Both the position numbers and the translations under genes were made by a program. Below the pieces are notes generated by a model. The model was given only the letters and a program-made list of their open reading frames with translations, had not been told where the DNA came from and did no database searches. This document shows positions 52,772 to 64,000 of a stretch of 64,000 bases of DNA, piece by piece. The DNA lies in contig CM119373.1 in assembly GCA_051294905.1 (NCBI GenBank), positions 3,596,001-3,660,000 on the forward strand, in the 5' to 3' direction. Position 1 is the stretch's first letter. Each line of letters opens with the position of its first letter. The stretch is from Botryllus schlosseri (taxonomy: Eukaryota).

Positions 52772-54522
52772 TCAACAGATCATTGCAGACTGACAGCTGA
52801 AAACGCGACCAGAGAGATGATTTACTGTGGCTTGCAACTGGTCTCCCTTTGACTGGATGCTTTCAATAAACTAAACCATATTTCTACTTGCTCATTTGGC
52901 CTTTTCCAAAATAGGGGCTGCCAATGCGGATTGGTGATTCGCATTATAGTGTGGCTGAAGAATAACGCCAAATGTGATGTATGCTGCTATCCTACTCATT
53001 TTCCATTTTCCAGTGATGCAATCGGGTTTGCTCATCGATGGCTGGATTTTTGGATCGCCGGTCGCATGTCATTTAAAGACTGCAGAGGGCGAAACCGGAG
53101 CTCCAACCATTCAGCTACGAGTACTGTCAAACCCTATAAGTGATATAAGTAGGCCTAATGATTGGTTTCATGTGTTTAGGCACCCTTTGTAGTTCAGTTC
53201 ACTTCATTGTTGTAATAAATTACTTGCTTTCACAATTTGGTGTCCGTATGGTACATTATTTGGCTTAAGGTACACCCTTCATGACACGGAGTTGAAACAT
53301 CATGGGCCATACTTGTTCAATTGGATGGGGAGGAACACACGAACTGACAGTGTATTGAAATAAATTCATTACCCATACTGCACATGGAAATTGGAAACAC
53401 AGAGCTTCAATATGGAACACTATTGACACATTGCATGGAAATGTGCGCCACATTAACACTGATGTAGTAATGTTGAGTTGAACAGTTTATATGATTTTAG
53501 GAGTCTTGACAGTGGCACTAGAACTGGTAGTAAAACGTTTTTGCAAACAGAACCGAGCCACTTGCAAGCACGTCAGATTACATACAATATTGATGCCATT
53601 ATAGGGAGATTGCTTTTGAAACAAGGCATCTGTTGTATCGTGGTTGTAGATTTTGTCTCTGTTGCCAGTGTCTATTGAAGATTAAGACCAACACCAAGAC
53701 TTTAAAGTGTCATAAATAGCTGGTTCGTGGTACAGAAACAGAACTTAAAGATGGCTTTCATTACAACATCCATTGCAGCAATACATTTAGGACTTTTCGG
53801 GTACCTCTTTTAAAGAGTTATCGGCGCACTAAAGGGATTTAAACAGATTCACAATGTAAACCAATATGGTAAAGTACGACGTAGCAATAGAGACCTTGAT
53901 GTTCAATGCATTCCGTTTCAATTAAGCGATTACCAATATTTCCTTTCGATTAATACTAATCCGCACGTTGGAAGATGGTTTGAAAGATCAACACTCCCAA
54001 ACAGAATGCAGCCTTTTCCAAAGGCCCAGGATGACTACGTCAACACAGGAAGCTGCAGCAGATCATCATTATCATAAAACCATTTCTACAGATGATCAGG
54101 AAGGGAAAATACGGAACATTAAATAGTTGATCGTTCCACAGTAAACATTACCAAACTGAAGTTCAGAAGATATCAGTCGCTTGTTAAGTCAAGTCAAAAG
54201 AAGAGATTGTGGGACCATCGCCATGAATCAGATTACAAAATACAAATTCATCTTGATGCTGTGGATCCCTATTCAAACAGGCAAGTTTTTCACTACTGGT
54301 AATACAATAGGAATAGGAATATTGGCTGGAATGATAAAGCAACGTAATTCATTGGAAAGATTGGCGTTATTAAATCGTTTAGAACTATGAACGTCTGGTG
54401 GGATTTAAACAACATCGTTCAATATCACAGTATGAGATGAGATGTTTCTCCAAGCAAGAGGTTCTATTTATTCAGAAGATGAGTTTGCCGATTCTCTACC
54501 TTTTTGCAGACTAGCATCACAT

Positions 54523-54880
54523 TAGGGCTGTTCAAAAAAAACTTTTTTTCCTGAATCTTGCTGCCTTGTTCGGTATATAATCCAAGAATTATCATCGAAA
54601 AACTCGAATAACTCCGCTTCTACAGGTTGGAATTGAGTCAAATTTATTTTTCATTGTGTTTGAAGGCAGCTCAACAATTTCATGGGGTTGACAGAAAAAT
54701 TCGAAAAAATACATAAATTTTGGCATTTTTAGTAAATTCAAAATTTGCAAACCGTTAGATATCCGCGATTACCGGTTGGAATGAATTCAAATTTGGTGTG
54801 CGTCGTTTTTTAAGGAAAGATAACGATTAAACTACCCAGCCAGCAAGATTCAGGAAAAAAGTTTTTTTTTAACAGCCCTA
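54523..54880. mobile_element. hAT-type MITE
   Basis: TIR TAGGGCTGTT...AACAGCCCTA with long imperfect inverted ends, perfect TSD CATCACAT. Confidence 0.92.
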
Positions 54881-56402
54881 CATCACATTTTACACGTGCA
54901 AAGTATACATAAATATCAAATATCAAAATATCAACATCAATTGAAAGGGTATAGAAATATAATTTTTGCAAGTGCGCAATTTTCACTTCAGTCTGATGTT
55001 ATAAAGTCAATCATAAATCATTTATATGACTCTAAAAGTTCTAAACCATTGGTTTCCGAAAGGGGGCTATATCACCCCATGGGGAAGATTTTGAGAAAGA
55101 AGGGGGCACAAATAACAAATGAGTCGATTGTGGCGCGTAAAGGTTCAAAGGTTCAGTCAATGTTATTGATAGACAAGCGACTCAATGCTTGACTCATTTT
55201 AGCATAGGAAAGGTGAAAAGGAAGGTTGGGCCTCACTGTTCAAAACCGAAATTTGTATACTACACGGTGATTTCCTAGCATATTACGTGTGGACCCCTTA
55301 TTTCTCAATCTACATGTCAAGGCCTTCTTATAAATATTCTCACACATTCGAATTTTGATGCACCCAGTATTTACTACCAAGATACTGACAATGACATGTC
55401 AGAATGCTGTACGATCGGAAACAAGACAAGACTACACATGTCACAAGACGGGTTCCAGTTGTGGCTTTGATCTCAGCTCCATGAACTTGGCTAGACCTCC
55501 AACAGATTAAACAGTATTCTAGGCAGACTAACGGTTATTATGGTTACCTTTTTTTCTGCAATAAAGTTTGCAGACCCCTGACCTACACAATGTGATGGTT
55601 AATATGGTGAATCCCAAATTAATGTGGTCATGTTAATATTTGGAAGAGACAAGATACATATCCGATCTGAAGCCCGATAAGGGTACCTTTGGCAATAAAC
55701 TAGAAATGCAGAATATTGATGAATGATGAAATTGTTTACAGTACCAATCAAAGAAACAATACTAACCTACCCATCATAACACTCTAGAAATGTTTCTGAT
55801 ACAATTGGACTTGAATCGACCAATAGAGATTATGCTGTTCATAGTAACCAGGACTATATTGATGCTCACAGTTTGTCTATGCATCATCATGGGAAACATG
55901 ATACAGAAATAAATTCCTTTAATATGATATCTCTCAGGATTCACTGCGTCAACTGTCAAGTTTCTACCTACAACATGTACCGTGCAACAACAGGGAGATA
56001 TGGATTTCAGGACTATAAACGTCACGAAATAGACTGGAAAAAATTGCAAATTCGACCTCGAAATTTTAAACCTGGTCAAACTATCCAGAGATGTTATTCT
56101 ATTCGATACAGCAAGTCTGAATTGTAAAGGTGGAGGAGCTGTCAAGTTTCCTTACAGCTCTCCGACACAAAGTTAGTACTCTTCCCTATTGTTTGGAATG
56201 AAATGAGCAAGTAGTCTAGTCATCTAAACCAGGCGTTTCCAAGCTTTTTTGATCACCTAGGCTACCCCTTCAAGTTTTGTGGATGGTTACACGTACCCGG
56301 AAAATTCCAGATGCCAATGACTGCAAGATCATTACATCAAGCTCAACTCTCTTTAAGCTACTCCATGCCTGGAATAACATGGCCAATGACTGAACCGGAC
56401 AA

Positions 56403-57013
56403 TAGGGTTGTTCAAAAATAACTTTTCTCCAGATTCCTGGGATTCATTGATGATATTGTTAATTGCCTAAAAACACGCTGCACATCAAATTTGGCTCGAT
56501 TTTACCCAGTAAAAGCCGACGCAGAGACAATTGTAATTTCTGAATTTATCACCGAAATACAAATTTTAAAATTTTACTGTAAACCCTATAAAAGTGTTAA
56601 GTTGCCTAAAAGTACGATGCAATACAATTTTTGATCACTTCCAACTGGTGGAAGTGAAGTTATTGCAGTTGAAAGTTTTTAATTCGTGAAAATAGCATTG
56701 ACGGTGGAAAAACCCAGAATTATTAATGAAAAACTCAAATACCTCCGCTTCTACGGGTTGGAACAGCGTCAAATTTGTTTTGCATCGTTTTCGTAAAAAA
56801 CTGAACAATTCCATGAGGTTAACAGTAAAATTAGAAAAAAATTCTAATTTTTCTTCATAATAAATAATATGTTTGGATTTGCTCTGTCGGCCACTGCTGG
56901 TAGTAAGAATTGAGCTAAATTTGGTGTGCAGTGTTCTTTTTTTTTTTTGCAACCCAACAATTTAATCAGGGAATCCCAAGAAACCGGAAAAAAGTTTCTT
57001 TTACGCGACCCTA
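56403..57013. mobile_element. hAT-type MITE (older)
   Basis: Ends TAGGGTTG / CGACCCTA, TSD CCGGACAA/CTGGACGA (6/8). It is related in sequence to 54523-54880. Confidence 0.7.
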
Positions 57014-57669
57014 CTGGACGAGGTAGTCACAGCCCCACTCATGACGTCATTCGCAATAAATAATCTGATTTTATAGTTTGTTAACAACGTATTGCCCATG
57101 CACGGACCCCTTTAAACTAGATCGCGGATCCCTAAGGGGTCGTGGACCCCAGTTTACAAACCCCTGATTGGGACCATTGCTCTTCAACATTTTCGGTTCA
57201 AATGGCGAACTCTCAAAGTTATTGTGATGAAGTCAAACACCGTGTTCACATGACAGGTAGACTGAGGTAAAAAGTGGCAAGAAAAATCTTTATGCATATC
57301 ATGATGTCAATTAAACTGGGAGCTGTCGGTGACAGTTCAATTATGGCTCTTGGTAATATTTATTGTCATAAAACAGCATTCAGACAGAGTTGAGAAAATG
57401 AAAACGATGCTATTTAATGACCGTTTTGTTGTTTCACAATATTACCAAATATCCATCGGTTGAAACCTACATATTTATATATTACTGCAGTATTTACAGC
57501 CACATAGCACCAACAGGCAGATTCCTCCTTCAAAGTTCACAGACGTTTCGAAATTATGAAAATATTTCCATAAAAATCAGTTTTGTACCAGAACTGTGTC
57601 TAGACTGTCCGTATTTAATGGTATACAAAGTTTAACGCCGGCTCATACATATATGGATGGATCGGGGCA

Positions 57670-60438
57670 GGGTCATTCCATCCCAAATCAACCAAATTTT
57701 TTTCAAAAGATAACCCTATGGTCATGGATTTTATTCAAATCTCACACAAAAGGAGACAGTGATCTCCTGATCAGAAAAAACTTGATTTTATCGAAATCGG
57801 ATAAGTCGTTGAGATTTTATCGCAGTGAGAAAAATACCACTTTTTGCGTTCATTGAACCATGTCAAAATGGCATTTCTGAACAACTTATTTTGCATGGAT
57901 CTTTATACATGATGGGCTTGAGTTTTCGTGGGTGAATCAACGTTTTTGAGACCGCTGTTAAGTGAACTTTGAATGTGAACAATAATATGCTGGATATTTC
58001 AAAAGTTTATGGGTCAAATGAGCAGAGACGGTTGGACCCCCAAGGAAATCAGTCCTGCATGACAGAATTTTCTGGGCCGAATTGTGAAAAAAGGTATACC
58101 TCAAATTTATTGAGTAAGGTATCAAATGAAAGCTAAGAACAAATACAATGCAGTAATAGGAATCCCAATAGTGATTTCAAGGATCTAAGCAGTGTTATAG
58201 CAAGAAAACTAAGGCCATGATATTTCCCCCGTGTCAGAAGGTATTTTGGGGGGCATAATTTATACAGCTGCTTGGTTACGTGATTAAGTATATTAATTAG
58301 CTAGCACTGTCCATTTCCTTCCATGGTGCAAGTGATATCAAACATTTAATCAAGTTATTATTCAGTCAAAGATATAAGGAAGTGCCTAGTTCTATATTAT
58401 ACATAACATTTCACTCTAACATGTCCGAGTAACCAATACATAGACAGTCATAGACAGAACCCCTGAGTGTGCCTTTTGGGGTGTTGTTGTTTCGTGACAC
58501 AAGATTTTAATTCATGAAGTTGCATGTGGTGCATTTTCGGAATGCAAAATTTTGAATCATTGAAAATATCATAGGATTGCTTTACAAAGCACAATCAGTT
58601 GCAAATATTGCTTTGTAATTTGTGTCATAATTCGTATCTAACCGTTCTTTCTTTGAGCACCTCGTCTATCCTTAGATTAAATTACCAGCTACTGGTTAAT
58701 ATCAGAAAAAGAATTATATTAGGCCTACTTTGTTGCGCTTTTATGTTACTTTTCTTCGCACGTCACTTGTTGCTGTAATGCCACAAAATGAACGTAGGGT
58801 GAGATTGATTAGGCATGTGCTCCCAAATTCCATCTTCATCTTGTCACAATTTGGTGAAATATATTTATATTCTAGCTCTCGAGATAGCGCCTCATTTGGC
58901 AAACTAATACCATTACAATCAAGCTTCTAGGTCATTGTATTTGGATTTGACACCAAATTTTGTAATGATACATCATTTTGGATAAAATATGGTTTGGGCA
59001 GGGTGGTGATACGATATTGGCCATTGTCTTTGAACAGTTCGTCATTCTTATACATTATCTTTAAAACCGCAATTCTCGATCATTTGTCTCCATTAGTTTA
59101 AAAATCATCTGTAAGTAGTTAATTTGGTCATTTTAATCCTTAGGCCTACTAATAGAAAACAATCAAACTTGAATGGTCCAACAAATATGGTAATCACACT
59201 GAGTGTACAAGTCAGGATATATTATAAACTTGTCAGCATACATGATATATTAAAGCATTTCTGATTGATGTATCTATCCGGTTCATGATGAGGTTGGAGA
59301 ATGTGAATTCATGCAAGACGGTATACTTGTGATCAACCCACAAATTTTACTACTGTGTTTGAATACGAAAAATGGAAATTAGACATTCTCGACTTGGAAA
59401 ATGTCTCTACAATTGATAATTATCAATTATAATTCATAATCTATAAACATGAACATGTACTTCGTGTTTCAAGTTTTGTTTTGCTTGAATGACTGATGAG
59501 GCACTGCCCCTACCAATGCCGGTCACAAATCTCAATTTTGCGAACAATTTCAGTTATGCACTTGGACGGGTGACGCATACATGTGACATTGAGCTTTCAA
59601 GATGAATCTTTGCCACTTAAAAAGAATAATTCCTATGGAACCAGATCATATGTGCACAGTGCAGTTATCAAAATTATCTTTTTCAACCATGCACAGCTGC
59701 TATACCGCCCGACTATTTGAACATTAATAATCTATACACAATACACCACTCACCAAAATATGAAATATAAAAAGCTGGAATATCAAGTAAGCCCTGCCCC
59801 AAGCTATTACATATGCTTAATGAAGTATTAATCTATAATTTATCAAGGTGTATAAAAAATATATAACCCAAAATACCTTTAGACACATGGGAAATATATG
59901 AATATAGTTTTCTTGTTATAACGCAGCTTAGATCCTTGAAATCACTATTGGCATTGCTTTTATTGGACAGTGCTCGTTCTTAGCTTTCATATGATACCTT
60001 ACTCAATAAATTTGAAGCATACCTTTTTTCACAATTCAGCCTGAAAAAAGTCATCACGCATGACTGATTTTACTCCAGCATTACCTTTAGCCCCCCTTTC
60101 AACCCCAAACGGCTAGGTTATTATCATAATAAAAATATTCAAAATGAGTGTTAGGCTATGTACTTTCTGAAAATGTACTCCATTTAAAGCCACAGAGAAA
60201 GACTAATTTACAGTAAAATTCTAAAGTTTATGATCTAAAAAATGATGCCTCTTAACGGTTGACTGAGCACAAAAAGTGCACTTTTTCAAATCCCCATAAA
60301 TCCTAAACCGCTGAATGGATTTCCGCGAAATAACTTTTGTTCAGTTTGAAATTGATCTATGTTGCTTAGGAATTGCATTTGATGTTTATTTTGAAACATG
60401 TGGTTATCTGCCTCAGTTGATTTGGGCTGGAATTACCC
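57670..60438. mobile_element. Non-autonomous DNA transposon, Sola2-like by termini
   Basis: TIR GGGTCATTCCATCCCAAATCA / TGATTTGGGCTGGAATTACCC and 4-bp TSD GGCA on both sides. I recognise no intact ORF, so the superfamily call rests only on GGG termini and the 4-bp TSD. Confidence 0.7.
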
Positions 60439-62114
60439 GGCATATATTGTAATTACATCATCAAAGTGTCTTTTTAATGTTTAAGATTATGAAACGAAAG
60501 ATTATTGCAACAACACTGCCGGCGAATGTATGGTGTACAGAAGATTACGCGAGACCTATCCCAGTGAAGATGTATTAGGAGTGGTTCGCGACGAGTTTCC
60601 AAATTGTAAGAGCTACGTCATCAGACCGAAATTTAAACGAGACATAATCGTAGCACAAGCCACTACAGCCTTAACCCTACGCTACAAGCTTCTCCGTATT
60701 CCTACAGCAACAACAGCATCTACTCAAATTTTCGCATTGGCGGATAACACAGACAATTCCTTGACAACAGGTAAGGATGTTATAGAATTGGAAATTTAGA
60801 ATTAAGCCAGGCGTGTCAATATTTTAGTATTTTTTCATGAAATCGGCAAGCAACGAAATTATCAACTCAATTTTGATACTTGTTGATACTAATTGGCCTG
60901 AAAAATATGAAAGTAGAAAAGTGGTACTCTTCACAGACGATTAGCAATTCACAAAATATCTTTGTTTTAGTTCCATACAGCTTAGCACAAACGTGAATCG
61001 AAACAGTGACAAGCAGAGGACAAAGAGAAAAGGGAGTAGACACAACAGCAGTACCAGACGTGAAAAAAGACACCACATCTTTTACTTTGACAAGTAATAA
61101 ACTACAACATCCGTAGAACACTGCAAAAATAACACAGGCCAAATAATCAGTATCCCTGACAGTAGCAGTAGACTTTAGATTATCAAAATTGCATGGACAT
61201 AAGTGGTATTTCGAACATTTCTGATTGTGAAACTTTCATTGGAGCTTAGCTAAAATTCGTAACGTATCAGGTAAACACAACAAGTAGATATATGAGCTGT
61301 GCAACCGGACACATACTGTTCCAGTAAATGGTTTATCTTTGTCACAGCTCCAGTTGACGTATCACAAACGATAAATGGACTGGTCACAGACGGAAAAGCC
61401 ACAGAACAGGGAGAAGCCACAAGAGCAGTGCCGGATGAGAAGACAGACATCACTAAAGCAACACAGACAGCAGTGCCAAAGGATAATACAGCACCAAGTT
61501 TGTATTTAACTTCTTCTTGTGATAAGAGTGAATTTGACTGTTTACCATAGTAACTGATTTAATACAGTGGCTATATTACTCTGTGAAATGTAAGTTTTGA
61601 CTTCTACAGTACAATAAGTCACATATAATATGTGTGCTTTTCAATCAAACATATTAACTTTCTTTAATGGAGAAGTAATGACAGAGAAGTGTCATATCGT
61701 TATTACCGTGACATAATACGTTGGAAAATCAACATTGGTCGCAATTGCCATAAATCTGAAATATTGTGTTGCTGGTGACGGCCATAGTGAATTTATAGCT
61801 ACAGTACTTAATCCAGGATATCATTTAAGATCAAGAGTCAACCACAAACCAACAACCTGCTGCAACTGAAAGTTTAATGTCGAAATTAACTGGCGGTCAG
61901 ATCGCTGCTATTGCCGTACCTCCAGCATTAGGAAGTCTTGTGATTATGTGAGTAGCCTGTAATTCAAATGATATCACCTTAAAGAAAACTATGAGCAAAT
62001 TCTATTTTCATAGAGCAAGTTTGATACTGAGCAGAAGAAGAAATGGGATAGTCCATCGTCACGAAAGGATAATGTCTCTTGATAAAAAGGAAGAAAGCAA
62101 AGTTCAGCCTGAGC

Positions 62115-62680
62115 CATAGGCGCCGAGTTACGGCCACCCCATACAAAATGCTTGAACGCCCGCCGTCTATGATTTCAAAGTTTTGTATATTTCTATTGTC
62201 TGGCCAGTTCGATACGACATCAGCCCTAAGAGATCATCAGCGCTGTCAATTAGCGAGTCCCTGATATCGCGTAAATGCCTACTATTAACCATTAACCGAT
62301 ACGCGAGCGATTATTTGAATACATGCATAATACGCCCCAATAAATTGTTATCCGTGATTAGTAATCAGACAATCGAAGCGACGTCTTTTTCGACACGCGT
62401 TTACGACGTTGATTTCGACATTCGTGGGCTGAGGCTGAGAAACACCATCTCCTCTCGACCACACAAGCGAATTCACGTTCTCCTTCTCTTAAGGACGCGG
62501 CATGCGCCCATATTGCTCTTGCAGCAATACCACCTGGATAATTAAAATCGCACCTTCGCGCCATTTCATGATCAAATTCGACTGGCTGATCGGGGCCTCC
62601 GTAGGCCCCGGGCTGATAGTAACCAACCCCTCCCTTTTTCATCTGGCCACCCAATGTTAAAATAAAAGTCGGCGCATAAG
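62115..62680. mobile_element. hAT-type MITE inserted in the last coding exon of gene F
   Basis: Ends CATAGGCGCCGA / TCGGCGCATAAG, perfect 8-bp TSD GCCTGAGC (62107-14, 62681-88). Confidence 0.9.
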
Positions 62681-64000
62681 GCCTGAGCAACGAGTTACCT
62701 ATATGTAGCTGAAAGTTGTGAACTTGGTTGTATAGTGTTAACACAGAACAGCTTTACTCATCTTGATGATATTGTAATTATGATACTGGATAATATCAAA
62801 ATGAACTCACAAAATCATTTGGCATTGAATACTCCCATAAATGATAGACATATAGTGTCTGTTGCTAGCATTGTTGTATTTGAACGAGTGACTGGTATCA
62901 CTAAATGAATGTTGCTTTCAAGACAGAATATTTTATTGAACTTAAACACATTTCGCAACCCTCTTCCCCAGAATAGACAGCACAACCATACTGTATTTCT
63001 ACAAAGATAAGCCAACCGGTTAATTCAAATACTTTTCCGAACACCAAGATTTGATTTGACAATCTATGCATGGCCCAAAAAGTGATAAAGCGCCTTGTCA
63101 AACTATGCCGACTGCCAGGCACTACGAGCCTAGTCAGACAGTGCACAGATAGTATCGTTTTTTTCAAAAATTTGGAGAAAATTGTATTGTTGCTTTTGTT
63201 GCTTGTCATCAAGCCCGGGTGTTACAAATCTGTTGTCAGACATGCTAAGTCAATCATCTCTTGTTTTTAAGCAACCCTGACATCTTTATCATTGTCAACA
63301 TATATTTAGTACTTACACACTCAAGTGAATCAATGCTTATAAAAACAGAAGCTTGAACCCCTTCAGTTTTAGGTGAGACATGTACAAGACTATTTGATCG
63401 TTTATGTTGGTATACATTGGTACATCTTATCAGCCTTATCTATTCATAGATACTTATGGCCATTTCAAATAACAGTTGTTCGTAAGCGTATAGTTAAAAG
63501 TTATGGCAGTTGCCCTTATTATATTTTTCCGCTTTTGTTTTTGAAGCTTGTCAGCTTGTCAACAGCTTGGGAATTCTCACCTGTTTTCGAGCTATCAATG
63601 TTCGTGTATCAACAAAAGCTATCGACAGAAGCAAACCGCGTTTTTTAATGACATGAACGAAAAATATATTGCTTCATGTGACTGTCGTGTGCCTAACATT
63701 GCGGATGATTTTACTCACTGCCAGGTTGAGTACTGCAAGTGACCTATTGAAAAATCCAAAAAACCAGTATTTGTTTGTAGATCAGGCATTTACTGTACAC
63801 AGCAGAAATAGAATTGCAACCAGACAGGCCGAGGAGAAAATCGTGACGTTACAAGGAATCAAGATGCAGTTGTTATCCCTTCTAGTGTTACGTTCTCTGA
63901 TAATTCTAGTTGACTAATTAGACTAATTGGTGTGAAATGTTTCTTTGTTCTAATTCTAACTGTAAAGTAGATTGTGAAATACTTCTATGCACTAATTTTA

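Larger units (their letters stand above)
54223..62119 (+). pseudogene. Gene F: CUB-mucin-TM paralog with a premature stop, probably a pseudogene or null allele
   Basis: Exons 54223-54280 (signal, GC donor), 55938-56171 (in-frame TAG at 56030-32), 60486-60770, 61348-61497, 61830-61947, 62014-62119. There is a dead stalk exon at 60971-~61094 with two TGA codons and a MITE in the last exon. Confidence 0.8.

Noticed and set aside
62358-62744. 128-aa minus-strand ORF and 120-aa plus-strand ORF (62183-62545)
   Set aside because: Both lie almost wholly in the GC-rich interior of the 62115-62680 MITE, with no recognisable domain.
63864-63917. Signal-peptide-like MQLLSLLVLRSLIILVD as the start of an eighth paralog
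   Set aside because: It terminates at TAA with no phase-1 splice donor, unlike all true signal exons here.
50-63917. Most entries of the supplied six-frame ORF track
   Set aside because: They are antisense shadows of exons, intron read-throughs of real exons, or chance ORFs in repeats. Only the Harbinger ORFs and the exon-overlapping ORFs are supported.

Overview
AT-rich eukaryotic (animal) genomic DNA with spliceosomal introns, many only 58-67 nt; there are no prokaryotic features. A marine invertebrate host, possibly a tunicate, is only a guess. By splicing exons manually I find a head-to-tail array of seven paralogous + strand genes: G0 (3' end only), A, B, C, D, E and F. They encode type-I membrane proteins built as signal peptide, divergent CUB-like domain split over two phase-1 exons, Thr/Ser-rich mucin stalk, one TM helix and a short, highly divergent tail. 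Every visible CUB-like domain carries an unusual ~35-40 aa Cys-bounded insertion after the YC/LCG motif. The array shows birth-and-death evolution: A and B are a ~6.7 kb tandem duplication, C has a duplicated exon pair (two domains), B has a frameshift and F has a nonsense codon plus a MITE in its last exon. Introns are packed with transposons. These include a complete 4.7 kb PIF/Harbinger element (TIRs, TTA TSD, intact transposase and 5-exon Myb/SANT gene), several nested hAT stacks with 8-bp TSDs, a foldback hAT derivative, pogo-type MITEs, a Sola2-like element, a Penelope fragment and tRNA-derived SINEs. All gene models are my manual splice predictions (GT/GC-AG and phase consistency), not transcript-verified.
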